From: Alphaproteobacteria bacterium
GTDB taxonomy: Bacteria > Pseudomonadota > Alphaproteobacteria > GCA-2731375
DNA length: 64,000 nt
Assembly (NCBI GenBank): GCA_965232515.1
Contig: CBDDPY010000002.1
Coordinates: 416,001 to 480,000, forward strand
Direction: 5' to 3'
Position numbers and translations under genes: made by a program. Every line of letters starts with the position of its first letter. Position 1 is the stretch's first letter. The notes beneath the pieces were generated by a model. It did not search any database and was not told where the DNA came from. It saw only the letters and a program-made list of their open reading frames with translations. Below are positions 20,505 to 30,073 of this stretch, piece by piece.

Positions 20505-20948
20505 ATGACAACGTTGCGTCTCGCGTCCGCTCTCGCCGTTGTTTCGCTGCTGGCCACGCCGTTGGTCCAGGCGCATGACGAGAACGATCCTCGTCACAAG
20601 GCCATGACGTCGCTCGCCGACAACATGAAGGCGCTGGCCAAGATGGCGAAGGCGGGCGACATGAATCAGGACAAAGCCGTCACGCACGCCGATGAGATCG
20701 CCGAGACCGCGCGGCGAATGCTGGCGCTGTTTCCGGAAGGCTCGGCCGGCCACGGATCGCGCGCCAAACCCGAGATCTGGACCGACTGGCCGGGGTTCGA
20801 GAAGGAGGCGGCGGACTTCGAACGCGCCGTCGACACGTTGCGCGCCGCGGCGCAATCGGGCGAGCAGGCGCAACTCGGGGCGGCGCTCACCGACGTCGGC
20901 AAGACCTGCAGCAGTTGCCACAAGCAATTCCGATTACCGAAGACCTGA
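20505..20948 (+). CDS. Cytochrome c' / c556 (class II)
   Basis: Signal peptide; LFPEGS, AKPEIW; C-terminal CSSCHKQFR. Confidence 0.9.
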   Translation: MTTLRLASALAVVSLLATPLVQAHDENDPRHKAMTSLADNMKALAKMAKAGDMNQDKAVTHADEIAETARRMLALFPEGSAGHGSRAKPEIWTDWPGFEKEAADFERAVDTLRAAAQSGEQAQLGAALTDVGKTCSSCHKQFRLPKT

Positions 20949-20985
20949 GCATGGCTCGATCAGCGGCAAGGAGGGCAATCGACCG

Positions 20986-21525
20986 ATGCGAATAGCCATC
21001 TGTTCGGCCGCTTTGGCGGTCATTGGCCTTGGTTCGGCGGTGACCGCCGATACCAGTTCACCCTATAGCGGCTGGGAGACGCGTCAGATCAAGGCGCTCT
21101 CGCACCAGGAAATCCAAGACCTTCGCGCCGGCCGGGGCATGGGCCTGGCGCTGCCGGCCGAGCTGAACGGCTATCCCGGTCCCCGGCATGTCCTGGACCT
21201 TGCCGACGCGCTCGACCTGACGCCCGACCAGCGGCGCGCCATCGAGGCGCTGTTCAACGAAATGCAGGTCGAGGCAGCCGCGCTCGGCGAACAGATCATC
21301 GTGCTCGAGCAGCGGCTTGACGCCGCCTTTGCCGGCGGCGCGGCCGACAAGACAGCGATCGGCGCCCTGGTGGTCGATCTGGCCAAGCTACAGGGCGATC
21401 TGCGTTTCGTGCACCTGAAGACGCACCTGCCCATGCGCGCGCTGCTGACGGACGCACAGATCGAACGCTACGCCCAGCTGCGCGGCTATGCCGGCCAGCA
21501 CGGCGGCGGCCACTCACATCATTAG
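20986..21525 (+). CDS. Periplasmic Spy/CpxP-like (LTXXQ) protein with His-rich tail
   Basis: Signal peptide; LTPDQ and LTDAQ motifs; C-terminal HGGGHSHH. Confidence 0.78.
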   Translation: MRIAICSAALAVIGLGSAVTADTSSPYSGWETRQIKALSHQEIQDLRAGRGMGLALPAELNGYPGPRHVLDLADALDLTPDQRRAIEALFNEMQVEAAALGEQIIVLEQRLDAAFAGGAADKTAIGALVVDLAKLQGDLRFVHLKTHLPMRALLTDAQIERYAQLRGYAGQHGGGHSHH

Positions 21526-21527
21526 CG

Positions 21528-22334
21528 TCAGGGTTGCCGGGCGGCTGCAAGGCGGTCGAGGCGCAGGCGGTGGCGCGGATCGGTCAGGCGGTAGACGCCC
21601 AGCAGGACCGCCAGCAGCACGCCGAGCCCGGTGGCGCCGGCGATCAGGAACATGATCAGCAGCTGGTACTTGACCGCTTCCGCCGGGGCCACGCCGGCCA
21701 GGATCTGTCCGGTCATCATGCCGGGCAGGAAGACCAGCCCCGTCGCCGACATGGCGTTGATGGTCGGCATCAGTCCGCTGCGCAAGGCCTGTCGCGTCAC
21801 CCCGCGCAGCGCCTGCCAGCGGGTCGCGCCCAGCGCCAATTGGGCCTCGATGGCGCCGCGCTCGCGCGCCGCCGTCGTGGTCAGCGTATTCAGGCCCAGG
21901 CTGATGCCGGTCATGGCGTTGCCGAGGATCATGCCCAGCAGCGGGATGGCGTAGCGCGGATCGTACCAGGGATCGGGCCGGACCTGCGTCGTCAATGCCA
22001 GCAGTGTCACCAGCACGGCCGCCACGGTCATGGTCGACGCGCCCAGACCATAGGCCCACCAGCCGGTCAGCCGCCGGTCCTGTCGCGCCATCACCTCGCG
22101 GCCGGCGAACAGCAGCATCACCAGCGCCGCCAACGCCGTCCACCAGGGCGACGCCAACGAAAAGAGCGTCGTCAGAATGGCGCCGACCAGCACGAGCTGA
22201 ACTGTCATGCGCAATGCCGCGATCAGCAATTGCCGCTCAAGCCGCAGCTCCAGAACCAGCGAGATCGCGCCGTTGATCAGCAGCAGCAGGGCCGCCACGG
22301 CCAGATCCAGATAGCTGAGTTCGATGGCGTTCAC
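21528..22334 (-). CDS. fetB: ABC transporter permease, FetB/UPF0014 family
   Basis: RMTVQL, YAIPLLGMILGNAM and LPGMMTGQILAG...AVKYQ motifs. Confidence 0.85.
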   Translation of the reverse strand: MNAIELSYLDLAVAALLLLINGAISLVLELRLERQLLIAALRMTVQLVLVGAILTTLFSLASPWWTALAALVMLLFAGREVMARQDRRLTGWWAYGLGASTMTVAAVLVTLLALTTQVRPDPWYDPRYAIPLLGMILGNAMTGISLGLNTLTTTAARERGAIEAQLALGATRWQALRGVTRQALRSGLMPTINAMSATGLVFLPGMMTGQILAGVAPAEAVKYQLLIMFLIAGATGLGVLLAVLLGVYRLTDPRHRLRLDRLAAARQP

Positions 22335-22927
22335 ACCGGGCGCTCCTCGACCGCGCCGTCGGCGATGAAGAGCGTGCGCTTGGCCAACCGTCGCGCCTGC
22401 GCCGCATCGTGGGTGACGAGCAACATCGCGCGGCCGGCATCGAGCTCCCGCAGCAACAGGCGTTCGACGGCCGCAACCGCGTCCTCGTCCAGCGCCGCCG
22501 TCGGCTCATCGAGCAGCAGCACTGGTGGTTTCAGGCAAAGCGCGCGCGCCAGCGCGATGCGCTGACGCTCGCCAGTCGACAACCGCGAGATAGGCCAGTT
22601 CAGGCAATCTTCCGGCATCTGCAGGGGCTCAAGGACCGGGCGAGCCGCATCGCGGTCAGCGAAATGCTCTTCCACCGTGTCGGCCCACCACCCGGACTCC
22701 GCGGCGACATAGACCACCTGTCGCCGCCATTCGGGCGCGGGCATAGCTGACCGCAGTGCGCCATTCAGGCGCACCTCGCCCTCATTCGGATCGAGATCGG
22801 CGATGGCGCGTAAGAGTAGCGATTTGCCAGACCCTGACGGGCCCATGACGGCCAGGCACGCGCCCGCCTCGACACCGAAGCTCGCCGCCGTCAGGCCGGG
22901 GCGTCGGAGTCCGTCGATTTCCAGCAT
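22331..22927 (-). CDS. fetA: ABC transporter ATP-binding protein, FetA-like
   Basis: Walker A GPSGSGKS, LSTGERQR, LLLDEPT, VTHD; start placed at MLEIDG. Confidence 0.83.
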   Translation of the reverse strand: MLEIDGLRRPGLTAASFGVEAGACLAVMGPSGSGKSLLLRAIADLDPNEGEVRLNGALRSAMPAPEWRRQVVYVAAESGWWADTVEEHFADRDAARPVLEPLQMPEDCLNWPISRLSTGERQRIALARALCLKPPVLLLDEPTAALDEDAVAAVERLLLRELDAGRAMLLVTHDAAQARRLAKRTLFIADGAVEERPV

Positions 22928-22999
22928 TTGTTTGCGGGGGGCGAAGGGTCGCCGGCTTGTTGGGTGTTTCTCGATATTGTCCGGCGAATGACTGCTCCA

Positions 23000-23091
23000 G
23001 TCCTCCTTCGCTAAAGCTTCGGAGGACACGCCTTCGCCCGAGTTGCGTTTTCGGGTGGCTTGCCACCCGAAGCCCGCAGGGCGAAGGGTGG
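23000..23091. repeat. Palindromic REP-like doublet abutting the tRNA 3' end
   Basis: GTCCTCC-TTCGC-TAAA-GCTTC-GGAGGAC (+, 23000-23027) and CCACCC-TTCGC-CCTGCGG-GCTTC-GGGTGG (-, 23091-23063) share one core in opposite orientations. Confidence 0.7.
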
Positions 23092-23165
23092 TGGGCGCAC
23101 GTGGATTCGAACCACGGACCTCTGCGATGTGAACACAGCGCTCTAACCAACTGAGCTATGCGCCC
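23089..23165 (-). tRNA. tRNA-Val (anticodon CAC)
   Basis: Reverse complement GGGCGCATAGCTCAGTTGGTTAGAGCGCTGTGTTCACATCGCAGAGGTCCGTGGTTCGAATCCACGTGCGCCCACCA: cloverleaf, GTTCGAA T-loop, encoded CCA. Confidence 0.97.
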
Positions 23166-23182
23166 GCCCAGGCAAGAGCCAC

Positions 23183-23212
23183 GCTATAGTGCCGCCGGCC
23201 GTTCGCTGTCAA
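23183..23212 (-). promoter_or_regulatory. Sigma70-type promoter for tRNA-Val
   Basis: TTGACA, 17-18 nt spacer, (C)TATAGC on the minus strand just upstream of the tRNA. Confidence 0.6.
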
Positions 23213-23233
23213 GCGGGCGGGGCGGCGATCGGC

Positions 23234-23905
23234 TCAGGCGAGCGCCGCCAGCGCCGCCGGCAGCTGATCGAAATGGTCGATAACCGCATCGGCGCCGAGC
23301 TCGGCCGCCGGCACCGTCGTATAGCCGAAGCTGACCACGACCACCGGCACGCCCGCGTTGCGGGCGGTGGCGACGTCGTTGGCGCTGTCGCCGATCATCA
23401 CCGCGTCGGCCGGCGACACCGACAGGGCGTCGAGCACGGCCAGCAGGTGCCGTCGATCGGGTTTGCGCACCGGCAGGCTGTCGCCGCCGAGGACGGCGTC
23501 GAAGTGGCGGGTGAGGTCGAGCTGCGCCAGCAGCCGTTCGGTTGACCCGATCATCTTGTTTGTGCAGACGCCGAGCTTGATGCCGTCGGCCTGCCAGCCC
23601 GTCAACAGCTCGACAATGCCGTTGAACGGATGGCTATGGTCGGCGATGTGGGTGTTGTAGTAGGCGAGCAAGGTCTGGAAGCTGGCCTCCATCTCATCCG
23701 CCGACGGCTCGACGCCGGATGCCTCCAGGCCGCGCCGCAGCAGCGCCCGCGCGCCGTCGCCGATCATGTGCCGCACGTCGGCAAGCTCGACCGGCGGCAC
23801 GTCCATACGGCCAAGCGTGTGGTTGAGCGCGGCGCAGAGATCGGGCGCGGTTTCGACCAGCGTGCCGTCGAGGTCGAGGACGATCGCCTTGAACCGGTGC
23901 TGCAT
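23234..23905 (-). CDS. gph: Phosphoglycolate phosphatase (HAD family)
   Basis: LDLDGTLVET, VCTNK, RKPD and MIGDSAND motifs. Confidence 0.88.
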   Translation of the reverse strand: MQHRFKAIVLDLDGTLVETAPDLCAALNHTLGRMDVPPVELADVRHMIGDGARALLRRGLEASGVEPSADEMEASFQTLLAYYNTHIADHSHPFNGIVELLTGWQADGIKLGVCTNKMIGSTERLLAQLDLTRHFDAVLGGDSLPVRKPDRRHLLAVLDALSVSPADAVMIGDSANDVATARNAGVPVVVVSFGYTTVPAAELGADAVIDHFDQLPAALAALA

Positions 23906-23910
23906 CGCTG

Positions 23911-25689
23911 TCAGCCTCCCCAGACCATCAGGATCAGCGGCACGGCGATGACCACGATGGCCACCTCCAGCGGCAACCCGACCCGCCAGTAATCGCCGAA
24001 GCGATAGCCGCCCGGTCCCAGCACCAGCGTGTTGCACTGATGCCCGATCGGGGTCAGGAAGGCGCAGGAGGCGCCGACCGCAACAGCCATCAGAAACGCG
24101 TCGACGCTGGCCCCGATGGCGTTGGCGATGCCGACGGCGATGGGCGCCATGACCACGGCCGTCGCCGCGTTGTTCATCACATCCGACAGCGTCATGGTCA
24201 CCACCAGCACAATCGCCAGGCTGAACCAGGTCGGCATGTGGCCCGCGATATCGGCGATCTGCGTCGCCAATAGCGCCGCCGTGCCGGTGGTTTCCAGCGC
24301 CGCGCCGACCGGCAGCATGGCCCCCAGCAGCACGATCACCGGCCAGTCGATGCTCTCGTAGAGCTCGCGGGTCGAGATCAGCCCGGTCAGCACGAAGACG
24401 ACGCTTGCCGCCGTCAACGCCACCGCCGCCGGCAGCAGCCCGAAGGCGGCGGCGGCCAGCGCCACGGCGAAGATGCCGAGCGCCTGCAGGATCCGCTGCT
24501 CCTGGCCCAGGCGCAGACCGCGCGCCATCAGCGGCAGGAACTGCAGCCGGGCCAGCGTGTCGGGCAGCGTGTTCGTGTCGCCCTGCAGCAGCAACACGTC
24601 GCCGGGCTGGAACCGCATGTTGTTCAGCCGCGCCGTAATCGTGCTGGACCGGCGGGCCGCGGCCAGCAGGTTCAGGCCGTAGCGCCAGCTCAGGCCGATG
24701 CCGACCGGGCTGCGCCCGACCGCGGGCGAGTTATGCGTCACCACGGCCTCGATCAGCGCCACGTCGTCGGACCGCAGCTCGCCGACTTCCGGCACCACGT
24801 CGCCGACCAGCTCCAGGCCGGCCTGCTTCAGCAGCGCCGACAGCTCGCTCGGATCGGCGTGCAGGATCAGGATATCGTCGGTCCGCAGTTTCGTACGGCG
24901 CGACGGCGCCGGCCGGCGTTCCTCGCCGCGGATCAGGCCGCCGACGGTGATGGCATCGCCGGTCAGCTCGGCGAAATCGTTCAGCGTCTTGCCGACAAGC
25001 TGTGAGTCCTCGCCGACCCGCGCCTCGCTCATATAGGCGTCGATCTGGAACAATGCCTCGGGCGGCGTCTTGGCGCGCCGGGCCTTAGGGATCAGGTGCC
25101 GGCCAAGAAACACCAGGTAGACCACGCCAATCGCCGCGACGACGACGCCCACCGGCGAGAAATCGAACATGCCGAACGGTGTTTCGCCTATGTCGGCGCG
25201 ATAGAGGGCGATAATCACGTTGGGCGGCGTGCCGATCATCGTCATCAAACCGCCCAAAATGGCGCCGAAACTGAGTGGCATCAGGATCGCGGCTGGCGAA
25301 TGCCCGCTGCGCTGGGACATCTCCAGCGCCACCGGCATCAGGATCGCCAGCGCGCCGACATTGTTCATGAAGGCGGACGCCACCGCGCAGAGGAGTGTCA
25401 ACGCACCGACATAGACGGCCGGATGTCCGGTCAGCGGCTCCAGCCGGTCGGCCAGCAGGCCGACGATGCCGGAGTTCCTGAGGCCCTGGCTGATCACCAG
25501 CACGGCGGCCACCGTGATCACGGCCGGATGGCCGAAGCCGGAAAACGCCGTTGCCGGCGGCACCAGGCCGGCGATCACCACTGCCAGCAATGTCAGCAAG
25601 GCAACGATGTCGTAACGAATACGGCCCCAAATAAACAACCCAACCGCGCCCAATAAAACAGAGCAAACGACAATCTGATCGATCGACAT
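23911..25689 (-). CDS. SLC13-family permease with TrkA-C domains
   Basis: SAFMNN, IGTPPN, two soluble RCK-C-like domains, FLTPIGHQCN...GGYRFGDY. Confidence 0.88.
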   Translation of the reverse strand: MSIDQIVVCSVLLGAVGLFIWGRIRYDIVALLTLLAVVIAGLVPPATAFSGFGHPAVITVAAVLVISQGLRNSGIVGLLADRLEPLTGHPAVYVGALTLLCAVASAFMNNVGALAILMPVALEMSQRSGHSPAAILMPLSFGAILGGLMTMIGTPPNVIIALYRADIGETPFGMFDFSPVGVVVAAIGVVYLVFLGRHLIPKARRAKTPPEALFQIDAYMSEARVGEDSQLVGKTLNDFAELTGDAITVGGLIRGEERRPAPSRRTKLRTDDILILHADPSELSALLKQAGLELVGDVVPEVGELRSDDVALIEAVVTHNSPAVGRSPVGIGLSWRYGLNLLAAARRSSTITARLNNMRFQPGDVLLLQGDTNTLPDTLARLQFLPLMARGLRLGQEQRILQALGIFAVALAAAAFGLLPAAVALTAASVVFVLTGLISTRELYESIDWPVIVLLGAMLPVGAALETTGTAALLATQIADIAGHMPTWFSLAIVLVVTMTLSDVMNNAATAVVMAPIAVGIANAIGASVDAFLMAVAVGASCAFLTPIGHQCNTLVLGPGGYRFGDYWRVGLPLEVAIVVIAVPLILMVWGG

Positions 25690-25831
25690 GAATGAAACGC
25701 CCGACGACGGTGGCCAAATTGTGGCCCGGAAATGTGGAAATCCTTCGTTACAGGTTGTGACTTTGCTCACTGACGGCCGCTATGGCAATGTCGAATTGTG
25801 TGAATCGCCAATGTTTTTGGGCATTTAGCTA

Positions 25832-27193
25832 ATGACGGACGCAAACCTCGCGGCAATTGTGCTGGCCGCCGGCCAGGGCACGCGGATGAAGTCGGATCTG
25901 CCCAAGGTTCTGCATCCGTTGGCCGGCCGGCCGATGATCAGCCATCTGCTCGACAGCATCGGTCGCCTGAATCCGGCACGTATCGTCACCGTGTTGTCGC
26001 CGGCGGTGCGCGCGCAGGTCGAGCCGGCGGTGGCCGACACGCTGATCGCCGTGCAGGACCCGCCCAAGGGCACCGGCCATGCCGTCATGGCGGCGCGCGC
26101 GGCCATGGCCGGCTTTACCGGCGACGTTCTGATCATGTTCGGCGACACGCCGCTGGTGACCGAAAAGACGTTGCGGGCGATGCAGGCCGCGCGTCGGGGT
26201 GGCGGCAACCCGGCCGTCGCGGTGCTGGGCTTCCGCCCGGACGATCCGGCCGAATACGGCCGTTTGATCCGCGGCGCCGACGGCAATCTGAACCGCATCG
26301 TCGAATATCGCGATGCCGATGCCGACGAGCGCACCGTGGGGCTGTGCAACGCCGGCGTGATGGCCGTCGACGGCGAGGTGCTGTTCGATCTCTTGGACGC
26401 CACCGATAACGACAACGCCAAGGGCGAGTATTACCTGACCGATATCGTCGCCGCGGCACGGACCGCCGGCCGCGTTTGCACGGTGGTCGAGGGCGATCCT
26501 GACGAGGTGCTGGGCATCAATTCGCGGGCCCAGCTCGCCGGCGCCGAGGCGATCCGGCAGAACCAATTGCGTGCTGCCGCCATGGAGAATGGCGCGACGT
26601 TGATCGACCCGGCGACGGTCTACTTCAGCTTCGATACCGCTCTCGGCCACGACGTCACCGTCGGGCCCAACGTCGTCTTCGGCCCCGGCGTCAGCATCGC
26701 CGACGGTGTCGAGATCAAGGCCTTCTGCCACCTGGAGAATTGCAACGTCGCCGCAGGCGCGACGATCGGACCGTTCGCCCGGCTGCGACCGGATGCCGAT
26801 ATCGGACCGGGCGCACGGGTCGGCAACTTCGTCGAGGTCAAGAACGCCGTCGTCGAAGAGGGCGCCAAGATCAACCACCTGACGTACGTGGGCGACGCCC
26901 ATATTGGCGCCAAGGCCAACATCGGCGCCGGCACGATCACCTGCAATTACGACGGCTTCTTGAAATGGCGGACCGAGATCGGTCCCGGCGCCTCGATCGG
27001 CTCGAACACCTCGCTGGTGGCGCCGGTCACAGTCGGCGCGGGTGCCATTACCGGCGCCGGCAGCGTGATCCGCGACGACGTGCCGGCCGACGCGCTGGCG
27101 GTGTCGGCGGGACCGCAGACGAACAAGGACGGCTTCGCGGTCGGCTACCGCGAGGCGAAGGCGGCGGAAAAGGCCGCGAAGCGTAAATCGTAA
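25832..27193 (+). CDS. glmU: Bifunctional UDP-GlcNAc pyrophosphorylase / glucosamine-1-phosphate acetyltransferase
   Basis: LAAGQGTRMKS, EYYLTD, hexapeptide repeats, GNFVEVK, NYDG. Confidence 0.97.
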   Translation: MTDANLAAIVLAAGQGTRMKSDLPKVLHPLAGRPMISHLLDSIGRLNPARIVTVLSPAVRAQVEPAVADTLIAVQDPPKGTGHAVMAARAAMAGFTGDVLIMFGDTPLVTEKTLRAMQAARRGGGNPAVAVLGFRPDDPAEYGRLIRGADGNLNRIVEYRDADADERTVGLCNAGVMAVDGEVLFDLLDATDNDNAKGEYYLTDIVAAARTAGRVCTVVEGDPDEVLGINSRAQLAGAEAIRQNQLRAAAMENGATLIDPATVYFSFDTALGHDVTVGPNVVFGPGVSIADGVEIKAFCHLENCNVAAGATIGPFARLRPDADIGPGARVGNFVEVKNAVVEEGAKINHLTYVGDAHIGAKANIGAGTITCNYDGFLKWRTEIGPGASIGSNTSLVAPVTVGAGAITGAGSVIRDDVPADALAVSAGPQTNKDGFAVGYREAKAAEKAAKRKS

Positions 27194-27213
27194 GCTTGAG
27201 GAGTTGACGACGG

Positions 27214-29037
27214 ATGTGCGGCATTATCGGCATCATCGGCGAGGGCGCGGTCGCACCGCATGTCCTCGAAGGCCTGAAGCGGCTTGAATATCGTGGCTAC
27301 GACTCGGCCGGCATCGCCACGCTGGTAAACGGCCATATCGACCGGCGGCGGGCCGAGGGCAAGCTCAGTTGCCTGGCGTCGCTGCTTGACGACGATCCGC
27401 TCGATGGCGATATCGGCATCGGGCACACCCGCTGGGCGACGCACGGCGTGCCGAACGAGACCAACGCCCATCCGCATGCGACGACGCGCGTGGCGCTGGT
27501 CCATAACGGCATTATCGAGAACTTCCGCGAGCTTAGGGCCGAGCTCGAGGGACGGGGCGCCAACTTCGCCTCCGACACCGACAGCGAGGTCGCGGCGCAC
27601 TTGGTGACGGCCTACCTGAACGACGGCCTGTCGCCCGTCGAGGCGGCGGAGAAGACGCTGCAACGGCTCGAGGGCGCCTTCGCGCTGGCCATTATCTTCA
27701 ACGGCGAGCACGACCTGATGATCGGCGCCCGACGCGGCTCGCCCCTGGTCGTCGGCTACGGCGACGGCGAGATGTTCCTCGGTTCGGACGCCATCGCGCT
27801 GGCGCCGATGACCCGCCGCATCTGCTACCTGGAGGAGGGCGACTGGGTCATCGTCCGCCGGTCCGGCGCCGAGATCCGCAACCACGAGGGCGCCAAGGTC
27901 GAGCGCGAGATCAAGCTGACGGCAGCCTCGGCCGCGGCCATCAGCAAGGGCAATCACCGCCACTTCATGCTGAAGGAGATCTACGAGCAGCCGACGGTGA
28001 TCGGCGAGACCATCCATGCCTACTTCAATCCGCTCGAGCGCACGATCCAGATGCCGGATCTGCCGTTCGATTTCGCCGACGTGCCGAAGCTCAACATCGT
28101 CGCCTGCGGCACCTCGGCCTATGCGGCCATGGTGGCGAAATACTGGTTCGAGAGCGTTGCCCGGCTGCCGGTCGAGATCGATATCGCATCAGAATTCCGC
28201 TACCGCGATCCGCCCCTGGTCGACAGCGGCGCGGCGCTGTTCATTTCGCAATCCGGCGAGACCATGGACACGCTTGAGGCCCTGCGGCTGGCCAAACGCG
28301 AAGGGCAGCGTATCCTCTCCATTGTCAACGTGCCGGAAAGCACGATGGCGCGCGAAAGCGACGTGGTGCTGCAGACGCTGGCCGGGCCCGAGATCGGCGT
28401 CGCCTCGACCAAGGCCTTCACGACCCAGTTGGCGACGCTCGCCTGCCTCGCCATCACGGCGGCCAAGCAGCGCGGCGTGCTGACGCCGGAGCGCGAGGCC
28501 GAGCTCAGTCTCGCCATCGCCGAGGTGCCGTCGCGCGCTGCTGAGGTCCTGAACCACGACGAGACCATCAAGGATCTGGCGCACGACATCTTCAAGGCCC
28601 GCGACGTGCTCTATATCGGCCGCGGCATGTCCTATCCGATCGCGCTGGAAGGCGCGCTGAAGCTGAAGGAAATTTCTTATATCCACGCCGAGGGCTATGC
28701 CGCCGGCGAACTGAAGCACGGGCCGATCGCGCTGATCGACGAGGTCGTGCCGGTCATCGTCGTGGCGCCCGCGGACTCCATGTTCGACAAAACGGCGTCG
28801 AACGTTCAGGAGGTCGCGGCCCGTGGCGGCCGCGTCGTGTTGTTCAGCGACGCCAAGGGCGTGGCGCATGCCGGGGACAAGGCGACGGCCGCCATTGAGC
28901 TGCCCGACGTGCATCCCTTCGTCGCGCCGATCCTCTATTCGATCCCGGTGCAGCTTCTGGCCTATCACGTGGCCGTGCTGAAGGGCACGGACGTCGACCA
29001 GCCGCGCAACCTGGCGAAGTCCGTCACCGTGGAGTAG
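27214..29037 (+). CDS. glmS: Glutamine-fructose-6-phosphate aminotransferase
   Basis: MCGIIG, GHTRWATHG, SQSGET and C-terminal PRNLAKSVTVE. Confidence 0.98.
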   Translation: MCGIIGIIGEGAVAPHVLEGLKRLEYRGYDSAGIATLVNGHIDRRRAEGKLSCLASLLDDDPLDGDIGIGHTRWATHGVPNETNAHPHATTRVALVHNGIIENFRELRAELEGRGANFASDTDSEVAAHLVTAYLNDGLSPVEAAEKTLQRLEGAFALAIIFNGEHDLMIGARRGSPLVVGYGDGEMFLGSDAIALAPMTRRICYLEEGDWVIVRRSGAEIRNHEGAKVEREIKLTAASAAAISKGNHRHFMLKEIYEQPTVIGETIHAYFNPLERTIQMPDLPFDFADVPKLNIVACGTSAYAAMVAKYWFESVARLPVEIDIASEFRYRDPPLVDSGAALFISQSGETMDTLEALRLAKREGQRILSIVNVPESTMARESDVVLQTLAGPEIGVASTKAFTTQLATLACLAITAAKQRGVLTPEREAELSLAIAEVPSRAAEVLNHDETIKDLAHDIFKARDVLYIGRGMSYPIALEGALKLKEISYIHAEGYAAGELKHGPIALIDEVVPVIVVAPADSMFDKTASNVQEVAARGGRVVLFSDAKGVAHAGDKATAAIELPDVHPFVAPILYSIPVQLLAYHVAVLKGTDVDQPRNLAKSVTVE

Positions 29038-29963
29038 CCGCCGTTCGGCCGGCAAGCACGTCGGCCTCGGCTTGGAACAGCGTGGCCAGCGCGTCGACGA
29101 CAGCGCGGATGCGCGCTGTCCGTTGCAGATCCGCGTGCGTCACCAGCCAGATGTCGAGCGATGGAATCCGGAGCTCGGGCAGCAGGCGTCGCAGATCGGG
29201 CTCGGCGTCACCCAGCACCTTGGCGATGATGGCGATCCCCCAACCGGCCTTCGTGGCGGCGATCTGGGCCAGCAGGTTGTTGCTGCGATAGACGGTGCGC
29301 GCCGGCTTTGTCAGCTGCGAATACCAGGCCGCGTAGTCGAGCCGAGACTCGCCTTCGTCGAAGCCAATGGTTTGATGTGAGGCAAGATCGGCCGGCGTCT
29401 GCGGCGCGCCGTGGCTGTCGAGGTACGCGGCCGAGGCGTAGAGGCCGAATGCCAGCACGCCGACTTTTTGCCCGACCAGCGCCGGTTGATCGTCGAACCC
29501 ACGCCGACGCTCGGTCGGGTCATGACGCAGCCGGACGGCAATGTCGGCCTCGCGTTTCGACAGGTTCACCGCCGCATTGTCGATCACCATCTCGATGTCG
29601 ATCCCGGGCAATGTCTCGCGCAGACCGGCAAGGCGCGGGGTGAGCCAGCCGACGCCCAGGCCTTCCGTCGAGGAGATCCGGACGCTGCCCGTCAATTGCC
29701 GGTCATGTCCCGCCAGTTGCCGGCTCACCGAATCCGCCTCGGCCTCCATGCGCCGGGCGGCCTCGACCATCACCTCGCCCGCGGGCGTCAGCGTCATGCG
29801 CCGGGCCGAACGGTCGAACAGCCGCGTGGCGAGCTCCATCTCGATATCGGCGATGCGGCGGCCGACCGTCGGTTGGCTGATACGCAGGCGCCGGGCCGCC
29901 GCCGAGAAGCTCCCCCCCCTCGGCCACGGCCAGAACCACGCGCAGGGCGTCCCAATCCATCAT
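29024..29963 (-). pseudogene. LysR-family regulator split by a +1 frameshift in a G8 tract (or a sequencing error)
   Basis: MMDWDALRVVLAVAEGG in one frame continues as SFSAAARRLRISQPTVGRRIADIE in another. The switch is at C8 (29912-29919); seven would be in frame. Confidence 0.8.
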
Positions 29964-30073
29964 CTGTTCAAATATGAACAGTATGCCTGCAAATTTCGAG
30001 AATTTCTGTTCCCAGATGTCGACATTAGATTGCCGGTCACGCCGCAATCACTGACCGAAAGGCAGGCAACGCC

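Noticed and set aside
29000-29080. attTn7 site at the glmS 3' end
   Set aside because: The glmS terminus is present, but there are no Tn7 ends or tns genes; the LysR 3' end directly overlaps glmS.
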